DNA from: Candidatus Gastranaerophilales bacterium
GTDB lineage: Bacteria; Cyanobacteriota; Vampirovibrionia; Gastranaerophilales; Gastranaerophilaceae
Assembly (NCBI GenBank): GCA_028693235.1
Contig: JAQUVW010000003.1
Span: 182,069-246,068 of the forward strand
Length of the DNA: 64,000 nucleotides
Direction: 5' to 3'
Part shown: piece by piece, positions 54,432 through 64,000 of the stretch
Position numbering within the stretch: the first letter of the stretch is position 1
How the letters are laid out: the number at the start of each line of letters is the position of its first letter
Translations under genes and position numbers: made by a program
The notes under the pieces: generated by a model
What the model was told of the DNA's origin: nothing
What the model saw: only the letters and a program-made list of their open reading frames with translations
Databases searched by the model: none

Positions 54432-56906
54432 TTATAATATATCAATCGGGTCAATATCAACTACGAGCTTTATGTCCTGCGGAAGCTTAATTTTTTGCAA
54501 GAATGAAGATATAAAAAAGTGACCTTTTTTATCCATTTTATTTTTTATAAGTATTTGAAAACGGTATTCATTGTTTATTCGCTCCAAAATACAACTTGAA
54601 GGTCCTAAGACAATAAGCCTTTCTGAAATACCGTGTTTATCAATAATTGTATTGAGTCTTAAAACTATCTCTTGGGCAGATTTTTCAGCTCTAAAATTAT
54701 TTTCTGAGCTTATTACTATTTTCAAAATTTGACTAAAAGGAGGATAGTCAAATGCACTCCGAGAGTCTATTTCTTCACTGTAGAAAGAAGAATAATCTTG
54801 TTCTTTAGCAGTTTCAATAGCATAAAAATCGGGGTTATATGTTTGAAAAAAGACTTTTCCTGAAAACTCACCCCTACCGGCTCTGCCTGCAACTTGGGTA
54901 AGGAGCTGAAATCCACGTTCTGAGGACCTATAATCAGGAAGATTAAAACTTGAATCAGAATTAATAACCCCAACCAATGTAACATTTGGATTGTCCAAGC
55001 CTTTTGCAATCATTTGAGTACCAATTAAAATATCAATTTCACCGTTAGAAAACTTATCCAAAATGTCAATATGCCCACTTTTAGTAGTCAAGACATCAGA
55101 ATCAAGACGGTCAATTCTAGCATCTGGAAACAATTTTTGAACGATAGATTCTACTCTTTGTGTACCTATACCATAGCCACGAATTGCGTCTGAACCGCAT
55201 TTAGGGCAAACTGCGGGCATTGGACCTTGATGGTTACACCAGTGGCATTTTAATATTTTTTCAGCTTCATGCCATATCATCGGGATTGAACAATTAGGAC
55301 ATTCAATAATTTCACCACAATTTTTACATAATATTTGCGTAGAAAAGCCGCGTCTATTCATTAAAAGCATTGTTTGTTTATTTTCTGATAAATTATCATC
55401 AATTGCTCGAATTAAAGTTCTCGAAAAAATACTTTTATTTTGCTTGATAAACTCATCTCGCATGTCAATGATTGAAACCTTTGCCATTGGTGCATCATTA
55501 AACCGCTTTGTTAAAGTAACTAAATTGTTTGTATTCTTTGCAAAATAATATGTTTGCACATCAGGTGTAGCACTACCGAGAATTAAAGCAGAATTATAGA
55601 ATTCAGCAAGTTTTGAAGCAACAGTTTTTGCATTATATCTTGGAGCAGGCGAAGTTTGTTTATAAGAAGCCTCGTGCTCCTCGTCAATTATTATCAATCC
55701 GATATTTTGGAGGGGAGCAAATACAGCTGAACGTGCACCTGCTAATATTTTTATCTCATTGTTTCGAAGCTTTTGCCAAACATCATATCTCTCGCCATCT
55801 GAAATACTGCTATGCCAAATAGCAACATCATTAATTCCAAACCTTTTTGCCAAACGTCTTGTTAATTGTGAAGCCAATGCAATCTCTGGTGCTAAAAACA
55901 ATACATTTTTTCCTTGTTTTAAGACTTTATCGATTAATTTGAAATAAACTTCAGTTTTTCCTGAAGCAGTAACACCATATAACAAAATCGGAGACGTTTC
56001 GTGATTATCAATTTTTGACTCAATAAAAGAAAAAGCAGAATTTTGTTCCTCATTTAACTCGGGAGCTATCTCTTTATTTGATATTTTCAAAATATTTAAC
56101 GGGTTTCTGTAAACTTCTACATCAAAAAACTCTGCAAAACCTTTTTCTACAAGTTTTTTGGTAGTAACACGAGAGGTACCAAAATCTTTTTCAAAGTCAA
56201 TAAGTTTAACTTGTTTTTCTTTTTCCAATCCATCCAAAAGCCTTAATTGGGGCTTGGTTGCCCCGTCTTTATGTATAAATTTTATGTACTTTTCGTATTG
56301 AGTTTTTTGAGTATTCTCATCTAAAATGTTTTCAATTTTTATAAGATTAAATTTTTCAAGTTTTCTTACAGCTCTATAAAACTTTGAATAAGGGATTTTA
56401 ACATGTTTTTGGACATAAGAAGCAGAATTTGGCGTATCTAACTTCAAAAAATTAAATATCGTTTCTTCCTCCTTAGAAAGTTTTATAGTTGCGTCATATT
56501 CAATTTTGGTGATATTTCTTTTATTTTGCTTAAAGAATTTCATAGGAACGGCAAGTGCAAGAACCGCTGCCAAATCACAACAATAATAGTTGGCGACCCA
56601 TTCTAAAAGTTTTAAATATTCAAGTGAAAAAACAGGTCTTTTATCAAGAATTTCAACTATAGACTTTGCTTTAATATTGGAATCAAGATAATTAGAAAAC
56701 CCAACAACAAAAGCATTTACAAGCCCCTTAGTGCCAAATGGAACCAAAACAGGAAGCCCGATTTTCATATCTTGTTGTAACTCATCAGGTATTAGGTAAC
56801 TAAAAGTTCTCGTGCCTAAACCAGCTATATCAACAAGAGTTAGGGCATATTTATATAATATGCCCGTATTTATATTATCAACATGTGTTTCAGGATTATT
56901 CAGCAT
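54432..56906 (-). CDS. priA: Primosomal protein N' (replication restart helicase)
   Basis: 824 aa; Walker A GVTASGKTE, DEEHE box, Cys-rich zinc region CKNCGEIIECPNC...CHWCNH...CPKCGS. Confidence 0.93.
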   Translation of the reverse strand: MLNNPETHVDNINTGILYKYALTLVDIAGLGTRTFSYLIPDELQQDMKIGLPVLVPFGTKGLVNAFVVGFSNYLDSNIKAKSIVEILDKRPVFSLEYLKLLEWVANYYCCDLAAVLALAVPMKFFKQNKRNITKIEYDATIKLSKEEETIFNFLKLDTPNSASYVQKHVKIPYSKFYRAVRKLEKFNLIKIENILDENTQKTQYEKYIKFIHKDGATKPQLRLLDGLEKEKQVKLIDFEKDFGTSRVTTKKLVEKGFAEFFDVEVYRNPLNILKISNKEIAPELNEEQNSAFSFIESKIDNHETSPILLYGVTASGKTEVYFKLIDKVLKQGKNVLFLAPEIALASQLTRRLAKRFGINDVAIWHSSISDGERYDVWQKLRNNEIKILAGARSAVFAPLQNIGLIIIDEEHEASYKQTSPAPRYNAKTVASKLAEFYNSALILGSATPDVQTYYFAKNTNNLVTLTKRFNDAPMAKVSIIDMRDEFIKQNKSIFSRTLIRAIDDNLSENKQTMLLMNRRGFSTQILCKNCGEIIECPNCSIPMIWHEAEKILKCHWCNHQGPMPAVCPKCGSDAIRGYGIGTQRVESIVQKLFPDARIDRLDSDVLTTKSGHIDILDKFSNGEIDILIGTQMIAKGLDNPNVTLVGVINSDSSFNLPDYRSSERGFQLLTQVAGRAGRGEFSGKVFFQTYNPDFYAIETAKEQDYSSFYSEEIDSRSAFDYPPFSQILKIVISSENNFRAEKSAQEIVLRLNTIIDKHGISERLIVLGPSSCILERINNEYRFQILIKNKMDKKGHFFISSFLQKIKLPQDIKLVVDIDPIDIL

Positions 56907-57147
56907 TTTCTTCTGACATTAACTCTTTTTTTGCTTCTTCAATAGCATCTTTTAGTAAATCAAGATTGTCAGGAGATACGGTAACACCTTTTTTTGTAGG
57001 ATTCCAAGTTGCACCATCGTCGGTAGTATAATAAATTCTCATATCAAGGTAGCTTTTTCCTTTATATGAATTTATACCGATTTGTAGTTGTTCCGTAGCA
57101 TTTCTCGGAATAGTTGCCAACAATTTTGGTTCAGTCGCAGTAGTCAT
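56896..57147 (-). CDS. PC4/YdbC-like single-stranded DNA-binding protein
   Basis: 83 aa; LQIGINSYKGKSYLDMRIYYTTDDGATWNPTKKGVTVS fits the PC4-fold pattern; overlaps the priA start by 11 nt. Confidence 0.5.
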   Translation of the reverse strand: MTTATEPKLLATIPRNATEQLQIGINSYKGKSYLDMRIYYTTDDGATWNPTKKGVTVSPDNLDLLKDAIEEAKKELMSEENAE

Positions 57148-57159
57148 ATTTCCTTCTTT

Positions 57160-59427
57160 CTATAAACCCAAAGTTTTTTTGTAATCAGGGATTTTAAATA
57201 TTGTGTTATTTGCATCTTTGTCTGTAAACTTTTGATATTCTTCCATTGAAATATCTTTTGCGTTGTCGTATAAATTTTTATCCATCAAATTATTATATTT
57301 TTCAGTCAAATCACCTGAATAATTTCCAAGTTTTTGAGCATATTTTTTAATGTCTTCTTTGTTTTTACCAGCCCCGTATGCCTTTGTTTTTGCGTCAGTA
57401 CCAGATGGGCGAATTTCGATAAATTTGTCGTCGAACTCAAGATATGTTCCATCACCAACGAATTTTATATCAATTAAGTTTTCAAATTTCAAATCTTTAA
57501 AAGTGTCGGATAAAATAACTTTCACATCATCAACACCAATATTTCCACGATTTTTCGCAATAGCCATAGCCAAATAGAACAAATCATTTTTAGTTCTTTT
57601 AGCTTCTCCAATAACTTTTGATTCGGTTAATTTTTGAATATCAGGTTCAGATTCGTTGTAATAAGCGATATCTTCACGAACGTCATATCTACCTATTATT
57701 TCATTTTCATCAAATAAATTAGATAAAGCTTGAGAGAACGTTTCATTTTGTTTTTCAAGTTTAGCAGCTAACGCAGAAGCCACAATTATTGCCTCTGTCG
57801 CACTTTTTTCTCTCATTGCAATAGCAACTCTGCCAGCTTTTGATTTGATTAATTCTTCTGCACCGATAATCATTCCGCCTGATTCTTCGCCTGCAAAAAT
57901 CACTCTCGGATTTTTTCCAAGATTAGCATCATTGCCGAATACATCTGTAATAACTACATCTTCATTTGGGAAATCGGTAATTTGTTTTTCGACTTTTTTC
58001 ATAATGTTAGCAATTTCTTTGAACCCTACAGGGACATTGATAACTTTAACATCATTGGCTTTAGCCCACTCATCCCAAGATTTTGCAGAAGCAGTAGTTT
58101 TTATTATAAATCTTGGATGGTTATTCCATTGACCTGATTCTTTAAGCTGTTTTGCCCAAAAGTCCATTATTAACAAGAATGATTGATTTGCAGTCAATAT
58201 TGAAAGAACTCTGCCTTCATCCAATTTAACATAATCAATTCCGGCTTTTTTAATTTTATCTATATTTTTTTCATTTTCAATTTGAGCAACTGTTAATCTG
58301 TCATGGTCCGGGTCTGTAATAAATACAGGCGTTGAAACAGAAAAATCTTTTAGTTTTTCATCATATTTAAGCGTTTTAATAACAGGGAAATAAGGATTTC
58401 CTTCTTTATCTTTAGATAAAACCGTCGCATCAACCGAATAATCATAGAAGCACTTATTGCCCTTCGGATCTTCATCATATTTGCCTATCCCGTGGAAAAA
58501 AGCATCTTCTTCAATATTCATCCAAACATATTTGTCTGAAATACCCAATTTTTCAAGCAATTTACTCAATGTTCGATAAGCACTTCCTCCGACATTTTCA
58601 ATCACAATTTTTTCTTTTAGTTTTTTTATGAGGTCTATATTTTCAATGTTCGCAACTCCGTTTTGTAAATATTCTTTGTATAAATCAATACCGTCATTTA
58701 TAGATTTCATAAAGGAATCATTAATATTTTTATCATCATTTGCAGCAATTTTTATTTCGTAAGAGCCATCTTTTTCGACTTTTTCAAAAATTTCTTTAAT
58801 TTTATCAACAAATCTCATTGATTCTTCAGGCAAATATTGACTACCTTGAGAGTTCAAGTCTTTAGTTGCATTTTTCACACTGATACCGTGACTGGAAGTA
58901 ATATACTCGCCACCCATAAGGTCCAATTTAAATGCGAGAAAAGAAGCCATCCAAATAGGCATTGTTTTACGTTCAAAAGTTGTTAAGGTTTCGATGTCTT
59001 GAGCGGCTTGAATTCTGGCAATCAAGTCAAGAAATTTTTCCGAATTATATCGAACTTCTCTGCCGACCAATTTTAACATTTTTTTGCCGTTATATCTATC
59101 TCTTGCCACTAATGCCTTTGCATAAGTCGCAAGCATAACACCTATTAAGTTAATAGGGAAACGAGAATCATGAGGATACAAAATATTTTGAGGTCCTCTG
59201 ATTCCTGCAGTTGAAACTGCCGCTTCTTTGGCATAATTTTTAAACCAACTATTTAAATTCAAGCCCTCTGGATTTTTATCCTTATCATAAGGTTCCAAGT
59301 GCTCTTTTTTTAGAGTAAAGACAAATTCATCAGGATTTGAAATGTCTAATATATTGTTATTTTTTATATAATCAGGTGTATTTTTTTCAACTGATTCAAA
59401 TAATTTTTTTTCAAGTTCGTTTTGCAT
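57160..59427 (-). CDS. Large (755 aa) alpha-D-phosphohexomutase-superfamily protein
   Basis: Metal loop FITDPDHDRL, sugar loop GEESGG, phosphate loop IRPSGTDAKTKAY; catalytic loop is ITSSHG rather than T(A/G)SHNP. Confidence 0.65.
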   Translation of the reverse strand: MQNELEKKLFESVEKNTPDYIKNNNILDISNPDEFVFTLKKEHLEPYDKDKNPEGLNLNSWFKNYAKEAAVSTAGIRGPQNILYPHDSRFPINLIGVMLATYAKALVARDRYNGKKMLKLVGREVRYNSEKFLDLIARIQAAQDIETLTTFERKTMPIWMASFLAFKLDLMGGEYITSSHGISVKNATKDLNSQGSQYLPEESMRFVDKIKEIFEKVEKDGSYEIKIAANDDKNINDSFMKSINDGIDLYKEYLQNGVANIENIDLIKKLKEKIVIENVGGSAYRTLSKLLEKLGISDKYVWMNIEEDAFFHGIGKYDEDPKGNKCFYDYSVDATVLSKDKEGNPYFPVIKTLKYDEKLKDFSVSTPVFITDPDHDRLTVAQIENEKNIDKIKKAGIDYVKLDEGRVLSILTANQSFLLIMDFWAKQLKESGQWNNHPRFIIKTTASAKSWDEWAKANDVKVINVPVGFKEIANIMKKVEKQITDFPNEDVVITDVFGNDANLGKNPRVIFAGEESGGMIIGAEELIKSKAGRVAIAMREKSATEAIIVASALAAKLEKQNETFSQALSNLFDENEIIGRYDVREDIAYYNESEPDIQKLTESKVIGEAKRTKNDLFYLAMAIAKNRGNIGVDDVKVILSDTFKDLKFENLIDIKFVGDGTYLEFDDKFIEIRPSGTDAKTKAYGAGKNKEDIKKYAQKLGNYSGDLTEKYNNLMDKNLYDNAKDISMEEYQKFTDKDANNTIFKIPDYKKTLGL

Positions 59428-59511
59428 AGAATATCCTTGTGTTTATTATCTTTCGCAAACACAATGATATCATAAAACAACTCAAAAAACTAAATATACC
59501 TTAAATACTAA

Positions 59512-59817
59512 TTAACAATATATAGCTTTTTGAATATCTGATTTATTTTCGGAATTAAAGATTGAACCACCTAAATTTATACTGTTATCTTGAGGCTTAA
59601 CTCCATTCGCTTCCAAATATTTATTATATGCGGCTTTTGCTTTTTTAGCATTTGTCATATTTATATCCATATCCGTCATGCCTGAGTTTATACCTTCTTT
59701 TTTACAAAATTCATTAAAAGTCATAACTCCTTCCGGAAGTTTTTGACCTGACAACATTTTTTTAGAAAGCTCTTTGTCTTTCCCAAGCATACCGATAGAA
59801 TTTTGTGTATTGAGCAT
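59512..59817 (-). CDS. Hypothetical protein (101 aa)
   Basis: ATG 59817 with aaggggg RBS preferred over the track start 59856; no motif recognised. Confidence 0.4.
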   Translation of the reverse strand: MLNTQNSIGMLGKDKELSKKMLSGQKLPEGVMTFNEFCKKEGINSGMTDMDINMTNAKKAKAAYNKYLEANGVKPQDNSINLGGSIFNSENKSDIQKAIYC

Positions 59818-59873
59818 ATAGTCCCCCTTAAAATTAAATAATCCCCTATATATCAATTAAGGTTATTTTGCAT

Positions 59874-59912
59874 AAAAAATTTACAAGATTTTCCAATCTT
59901 GTAAATTTTTAT
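59874..59912 (-). terminator. Strong Rho-independent terminator after ileS
   Basis: 13-bp stem aatttacaagatt/aatcttgtaaatt, loop ttcc, T-run on the minus strand. Confidence 0.8.
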
Positions 59913-59934
59913 TAATATAAATAAATAGAATAGA

Positions 59935-62775
59935 TTAAACTTGATAACTTATAGCATCATAGCAATCTTGACATATTGTAGGATGTCCCTCGACCGTACC
60001 AAGTTCTCTATATTTCCAGCAACGTTCGCATTTTTCGCCAAGTGCTTTTGTAACATAGATTTTATATCCGTCTTCTTCAAGCTCATTCATTGTTCCATCA
60101 GGTTTTTTATCCGCCAAAATTGCTTGAGAGGTAATAAATATGTTGCATAATTCATTTTCATATTTTTGAATTAAATCTTTTTTGTCTGTTTCAATCCAAA
60201 CTGCAACCTCTAAAGAACTTCCGATTTTTTTATCCGCTCTTAAAGGTTCAATAGCTTTAGTTGCGATTTCACGAAGTTTTAAGATTTCATTAAACTCAGC
60301 ATCTAAATCATTATTTTCCCATTCAGGCTTGAATTCTGGCCAATTTGTAAGAAGCACACTTTCTAAACCGCCTTTTTGAGAATCTGGAACGCTTGTCCAG
60401 ATATCTTCTGCTTGATGAGGCATTACCGGCACTAATATTTTAGTAATAGCTTGTGACATTTCATACAATACTGTTTGACAAGCTCTTCTTGAAAGGGATT
60501 TTTTACCTTGAGTGTATAATCTGTCTTTTACAATATCAAGATAGAATGAGCTCAAGTCAATAGCTGCAAAGTTTTGCAAATGTTGGAAATATTTATAAAA
60601 TTCATAACTTTCAAAAGCTTCGGTAACATTTTTAATCAAAACATTTAGCTTATGAAGTGCAAATTTATCAATATTTTTAAGTTCATCATAATTCACATAA
60701 TCAACTGACGGGTCAAAATCGAACAAATTACCCAATAAAAATCTTGCAGTATTTCTGGTTTTTTTGAAGATTTCAACAAGCTGTTTGATAATATTGTCAC
60801 CAATTTTGATGTCATTTCGATAGTCGACAGAAGCTGCCCACAACCTCAAAATATCAGCACCATAGTTTTTGATTATATCATCAGGTCTGATGTAATTTCC
60901 AAGAGATTTGGACATTTTGCGTCCGTCTTCGCCGAAAACGAACCCGTGAGTCAAAACTTGTTTATACGGAGCTTTTTCTTGAGTTGCGATTGATGTCAAT
61001 AATGATGACTGGAACCAACCTCTGTGTTGGTCAGAGCCTTCAAGGTACATATCAACCGGAGTATGTCCAAGCTCAGCGTTTCTCTTTTCAACAACTGCTT
61101 TCCAAGAAACACCGGAATCGAACCAAACATCCATAATATCTTTTTCTTTAGTAAAATGAACGCCACCACACTTAGGACACTTAAAGCCTTGTGGCATAAG
61201 TTCTTTTTCAGAATATTTAACCCAAGCGTCAGAGCTTTCTTTGTCAAACATATCTGCTACATGATTAATGGTTTCATCAGTAACAATAACCTCACCACAA
61301 TCATCACAATAGAACACAGGAATAGGAACGCCCCAAGCTCTTTGCCTTGATATGCACCAGTCTGTACGACCTTCTACCATGTTAGAAATTCTACTTTCTC
61401 CTGAAGCCGGTATCCATTTAACGTCTTTTATAGCTTTCAAAGTTTGATTTCTAAATTTGTCCATTTTCACAAACCATTGATCTGTGGCTCTGTAAATGAC
61501 AGGGTTTTTACATCTCCAACAGTGCGGATAGCTGTGAGTAATATCTTGTTTAAAAACCAAAGCACTTGTAGACTCAAGCTTATCCATTATAATATTGTGA
61601 CCTTTATAATAAGGTACACCAAGCAAATCATTGTCATTAAAGTCTTTAGACTCAACCCAGATACCTTTAGAGTTTAACGGTGAGAATGTTTCAATTCCAT
61701 ATCGTTGGCAAGCTTCCCAGTCTTCAAGACCGTGTCCAGGAGCTGTATGAACGCAGCCGGTACCTGCTTCTAAAGTAACGTGGTCGCCTAATATAATCGG
61801 ACTTTTTATATTTGAATATAACGGGTGGGTAGTTTTTAGATGTTCAAAATCAGCACCTTTACCGCCGCCAATTGACTTAACTTCATTTTTGTCCCATTCA
61901 ACGGCTGAAACAAACGTATCTAGCAAATCGGTTGCGACTAAGTAATTTGCCCCCTTATACTCAAAGATTGTATATTCTAATCTTGAATTTAGACAAATCG
62001 CTCTATTTGATGGGATTGTCCAAGGAGTTGTTGTCCAAATAATCGCATATAAATCATTGTTTGAATTTACATTTGCAACTTGGTAGGCTTTAGCTTTCTC
62101 TTCTTCATCAAATTTGAATCTTACATAAATTGAAGTTGATGTAATGTCAGCATATTCGACTTCTGCTTCTGCAAGTGCCGTTTCACAAGAAGCACACCAA
62201 TATACAGGTTTTTTACCTTTTTCGATGTAGCCTTTTTTGAACATTTCGCCAAAAACTCTTATTTGTTCAGCTTCATATTCAGCTGCAATAGTCAAATAAG
62301 GATGTTCCCAATCACCCCAAACGCCTAATCGTTTGAATTCTGATTCTTGTCCTTTTAGATTTTTAAGAGCAAACTCTCTGCATTTAGTTCTAAGTTCAGC
62401 CGGAGTTAAAGCTTCACGTCCACCTTTAATTTTTTTAACAACTGCATTTTCAATAGGAAGTCCATGTCCGTCATAACCGGGTACATAAGGAGCATAATAA
62501 CCTCTTTGGGATTTATATTTAATCAAAATATCTTTTAAAATTTTATTGAGAGCAGTACCAACGTGGATTTTTTCAGAGCTCAAATACGGAGGACCGTCAT
62601 GCAAAATAAAACTTTTTGTTTTATCTCTTTGAGCAAGGTTTTTTTCGTAAATATTATTTTCTTCCCAAAATTTTTGAGTTTGAAGTTCTTTTTGAGTAGC
62701 ATTTGCACGCATTTGTAGTGAAGTTTGCGGCAAATTTATTGTATCTTTGTATTCCACTTTTGTACTTTCAGCCAT
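59935..62775 (-). CDS. ileS: Isoleucine--tRNA ligase
   Basis: 946 aa; KMSKS present, class I HIGH-region variant (KIHVGTALNK), editing domain, C-terminal Cys zinc cluster (CERCWKY...CQDC). Confidence 0.96.
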   Translation of the reverse strand: MAESTKVEYKDTINLPQTSLQMRANATQKELQTQKFWEENNIYEKNLAQRDKTKSFILHDGPPYLSSEKIHVGTALNKILKDILIKYKSQRGYYAPYVPGYDGHGLPIENAVVKKIKGGREALTPAELRTKCREFALKNLKGQESEFKRLGVWGDWEHPYLTIAAEYEAEQIRVFGEMFKKGYIEKGKKPVYWCASCETALAEAEVEYADITSTSIYVRFKFDEEEKAKAYQVANVNSNNDLYAIIWTTTPWTIPSNRAICLNSRLEYTIFEYKGANYLVATDLLDTFVSAVEWDKNEVKSIGGGKGADFEHLKTTHPLYSNIKSPIILGDHVTLEAGTGCVHTAPGHGLEDWEACQRYGIETFSPLNSKGIWVESKDFNDNDLLGVPYYKGHNIIMDKLESTSALVFKQDITHSYPHCWRCKNPVIYRATDQWFVKMDKFRNQTLKAIKDVKWIPASGESRISNMVEGRTDWCISRQRAWGVPIPVFYCDDCGEVIVTDETINHVADMFDKESSDAWVKYSEKELMPQGFKCPKCGGVHFTKEKDIMDVWFDSGVSWKAVVEKRNAELGHTPVDMYLEGSDQHRGWFQSSLLTSIATQEKAPYKQVLTHGFVFGEDGRKMSKSLGNYIRPDDIIKNYGADILRLWAASVDYRNDIKIGDNIIKQLVEIFKKTRNTARFLLGNLFDFDPSVDYVNYDELKNIDKFALHKLNVLIKNVTEAFESYEFYKYFQHLQNFAAIDLSSFYLDIVKDRLYTQGKKSLSRRACQTVLYEMSQAITKILVPVMPHQAEDIWTSVPDSQKGGLESVLLTNWPEFKPEWENNDLDAEFNEILKLREIATKAIEPLRADKKIGSSLEVAVWIETDKKDLIQKYENELCNIFITSQAILADKKPDGTMNELEEDGYKIYVTKALGEKCERCWKYRELGTVEGHPTICQDCYDAISYQV

Positions 62776-62845
62776 AATTCCCTCTTTATATCATTTCACT
62801 ATGTCTAATATTTTATTACAAAAACTGTTAATTAGACAATTTTAT

Positions 62846-62854
62846 TGATATAAT
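62846..62854 (+). promoter_or_regulatory. Candidate extended -10 element (TGaTATAAT) for dapB
   Basis: tgatataat ~40 nt upstream of the dapB ATG; -35 is weak. Confidence 0.35.
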
Positions 62855-62893
62855 CATTGCGAGATATTTAAAAAAGTTACAAGAGGTAAAATT

Positions 62894-63688
62894 ATGATAA
62901 AAGTAGGCGTAGTTGGTTCACTGGGAAAAATGGGACGAGAAGTTGTAAAAGCTGTCACCGAAGCAACTGATATGGAGATTGTCTTGGCTATTGACGTAGT
63001 AGGTGAAGGCATCGATATCGGAGCGGCTGTTCTCGGCAAAGAAAACGGCGTAAAAGTCACTTCTGAATTAATTAACGCTATAAAAACAATTCAACCTGAT
63101 GTCATTGTTGATTTTACGCAACCTGCCACTATTTTTGAACACGTAAGCCTTTATTTGGCTAACCATACAAAATGTGTAATCGGAACTACGGGACTAAACG
63201 AAGACCAAATAGAAAAACTTAAAAAAATGTCAGAAGGCTTTGAAACTTCTTGTTTTATTGCACCTAATTTCACAACAGGTGCTGTCTTGATGATGATGTT
63301 TGCAAAGCAAGCCGCTAAGTATTTTAATAATGCTGAAATTATTGAACTTCATCACAATCAAAAGAAAGATGCTCCCTCTGGAACAGCTGTAAAAACAGCA
63401 CAAATAATGGCTGAAATAAACGAAAATTTTGCAACAGGAAACTGTCCTGAAAAAGAAACAATTGAAGGTGCAAGGGGTGCAAATGCAGCTAATAACATAC
63501 ATATTCACTCTGTGAGAATGCCGGGATACATAGCATCTCAAGAAGTCATCTTCGGAGCTTCAGGACAAATATTGACAATTCGCCACGATTCTATGGACAG
63601 AACTTGCTACATGGCAGGCGTTTTAATGGCAATCAGATACACAATGGATAAAACTGAATTCGTCTATGGTTTAGACAACGTAATGTAA
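62894..63688 (+). CDS. dapB: 4-hydroxy-tetrahydrodipicolinate reductase
   Basis: 264 aa; N-terminal GSLGKMGREV Rossmann motif and ELHHNQKKDAPSGTA signature. Confidence 0.93.
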   Translation: MIKVGVVGSLGKMGREVVKAVTEATDMEIVLAIDVVGEGIDIGAAVLGKENGVKVTSELINAIKTIQPDVIVDFTQPATIFEHVSLYLANHTKCVIGTTGLNEDQIEKLKKMSEGFETSCFIAPNFTTGAVLMMMFAKQAAKYFNNAEIIELHHNQKKDAPSGTAVKTAQIMAEINENFATGNCPEKETIEGARGANAANNIHIHSVRMPGYIASQEVIFGASGQILTIRHDSMDRTCYMAGVLMAIRYTMDKTEFVYGLDNVM

Positions 63689-63782
63689 CGCAAAATTCCT
63701 TAAAATAATATATAATAAACTTGTTTTTAGACAAAATTTAAGGCATAATCGTTCTTGTACGATTTTATAAAAAGGAAACGTT

Positions 63783-64000
63783 ATGAAAAAACCCGTAATT
63801 GCCGTATTAGGTGCAACAGGTGTTGTCGGCAGAGAGATTCTTAGTATTTTAGAAGAAAACAATGTTGAGTTCATCGACATAAAATTCCTCGCAAGCTCTA
63901 AAAGTGCGGGTAAAAAAATAACGTTTAAAAATAAAGAATATACCATTATTGAAGCTACTCCGGATGCTTTTGAAGGCGTTAATATCGTTTTGGCGTCAGC
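63783..64000 (+). CDS. asd: Aspartate-semialdehyde dehydrogenase, 5' part (runs off the right edge)
   Basis: MKKPVIAVLGATGVVGREILSILEE... NAD-binding N-terminus typical of Asd; open to the window end. Confidence 0.8.
   Translation, partial: MKKPVIAVLGATGVVGREILSILEENNVEFIDIKFLASSKSAGKKITFKNKEYTIIEATPDAFEGVNIVLAS

Overview
Low-GC, gene-dense bacterial chromosome segment. About three quarters is housekeeping: cysS, hisB, a hisC-HAD fusion, ligA, a seven-gene F-type ATP synthase operon, ogt, comEC, coaX, lspA, rluD, rpsL-rpsG, ftsY, nusB, priA, ileS, dapB, asd, tRNA-Gln and tRNA-Pro. The atp gene order (a, c, b', b, delta, alpha, gamma, with no beta/epsilon) is the cyanobacterial atp1 layout. 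With no photosynthesis genes, this tentatively suggests a non-photosynthetic cyanobacteria-related lineage (Melainabacteria/Vampirovibrionia-like); this is inference only. The main item is a ~15.5 kb accessory island (about 33871-49427) that starts ~36 bp downstream of tRNA-Gln. It carries a Mu/Tn7-type transposition module: a DDE transposase with a Mu-type C-terminal domain, a TniB/TnsC-like AAA+ ATPase broken by an in-frame TAA, and a stand-alone integrase-core-binding-domain protein where TniQ would be expected. Its cargo is defence-type: a RhuM-Fic/Doc protein; a type I R-M system with a fused HsdM-HsdS; a translationally coupled HEPN-like (Rx4H) gene; a MerR regulator with a palindromic operator; and a compact Cap4/DUF4297-like nuclease plus SMC/ABC-like ATPase pair (Lamassu-like). 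The least explained signals lie in the transposition module: three short, conspicuously GC-rich, mutually related sequence modules. One is enclosed by a 13-bp inverted repeat at the left end, one is inserted in frame inside the transposase, and one is intergenic. The island ends also carry repeat families. Two genes (the island ATPase and a flanking GT8 glycosyltransferase) are each interrupted by a single in-frame TAA. No CRISPR array, cas gene, rRNA or phage structural gene was seen. All family assignments come from motifs read by eye; no searches were run.
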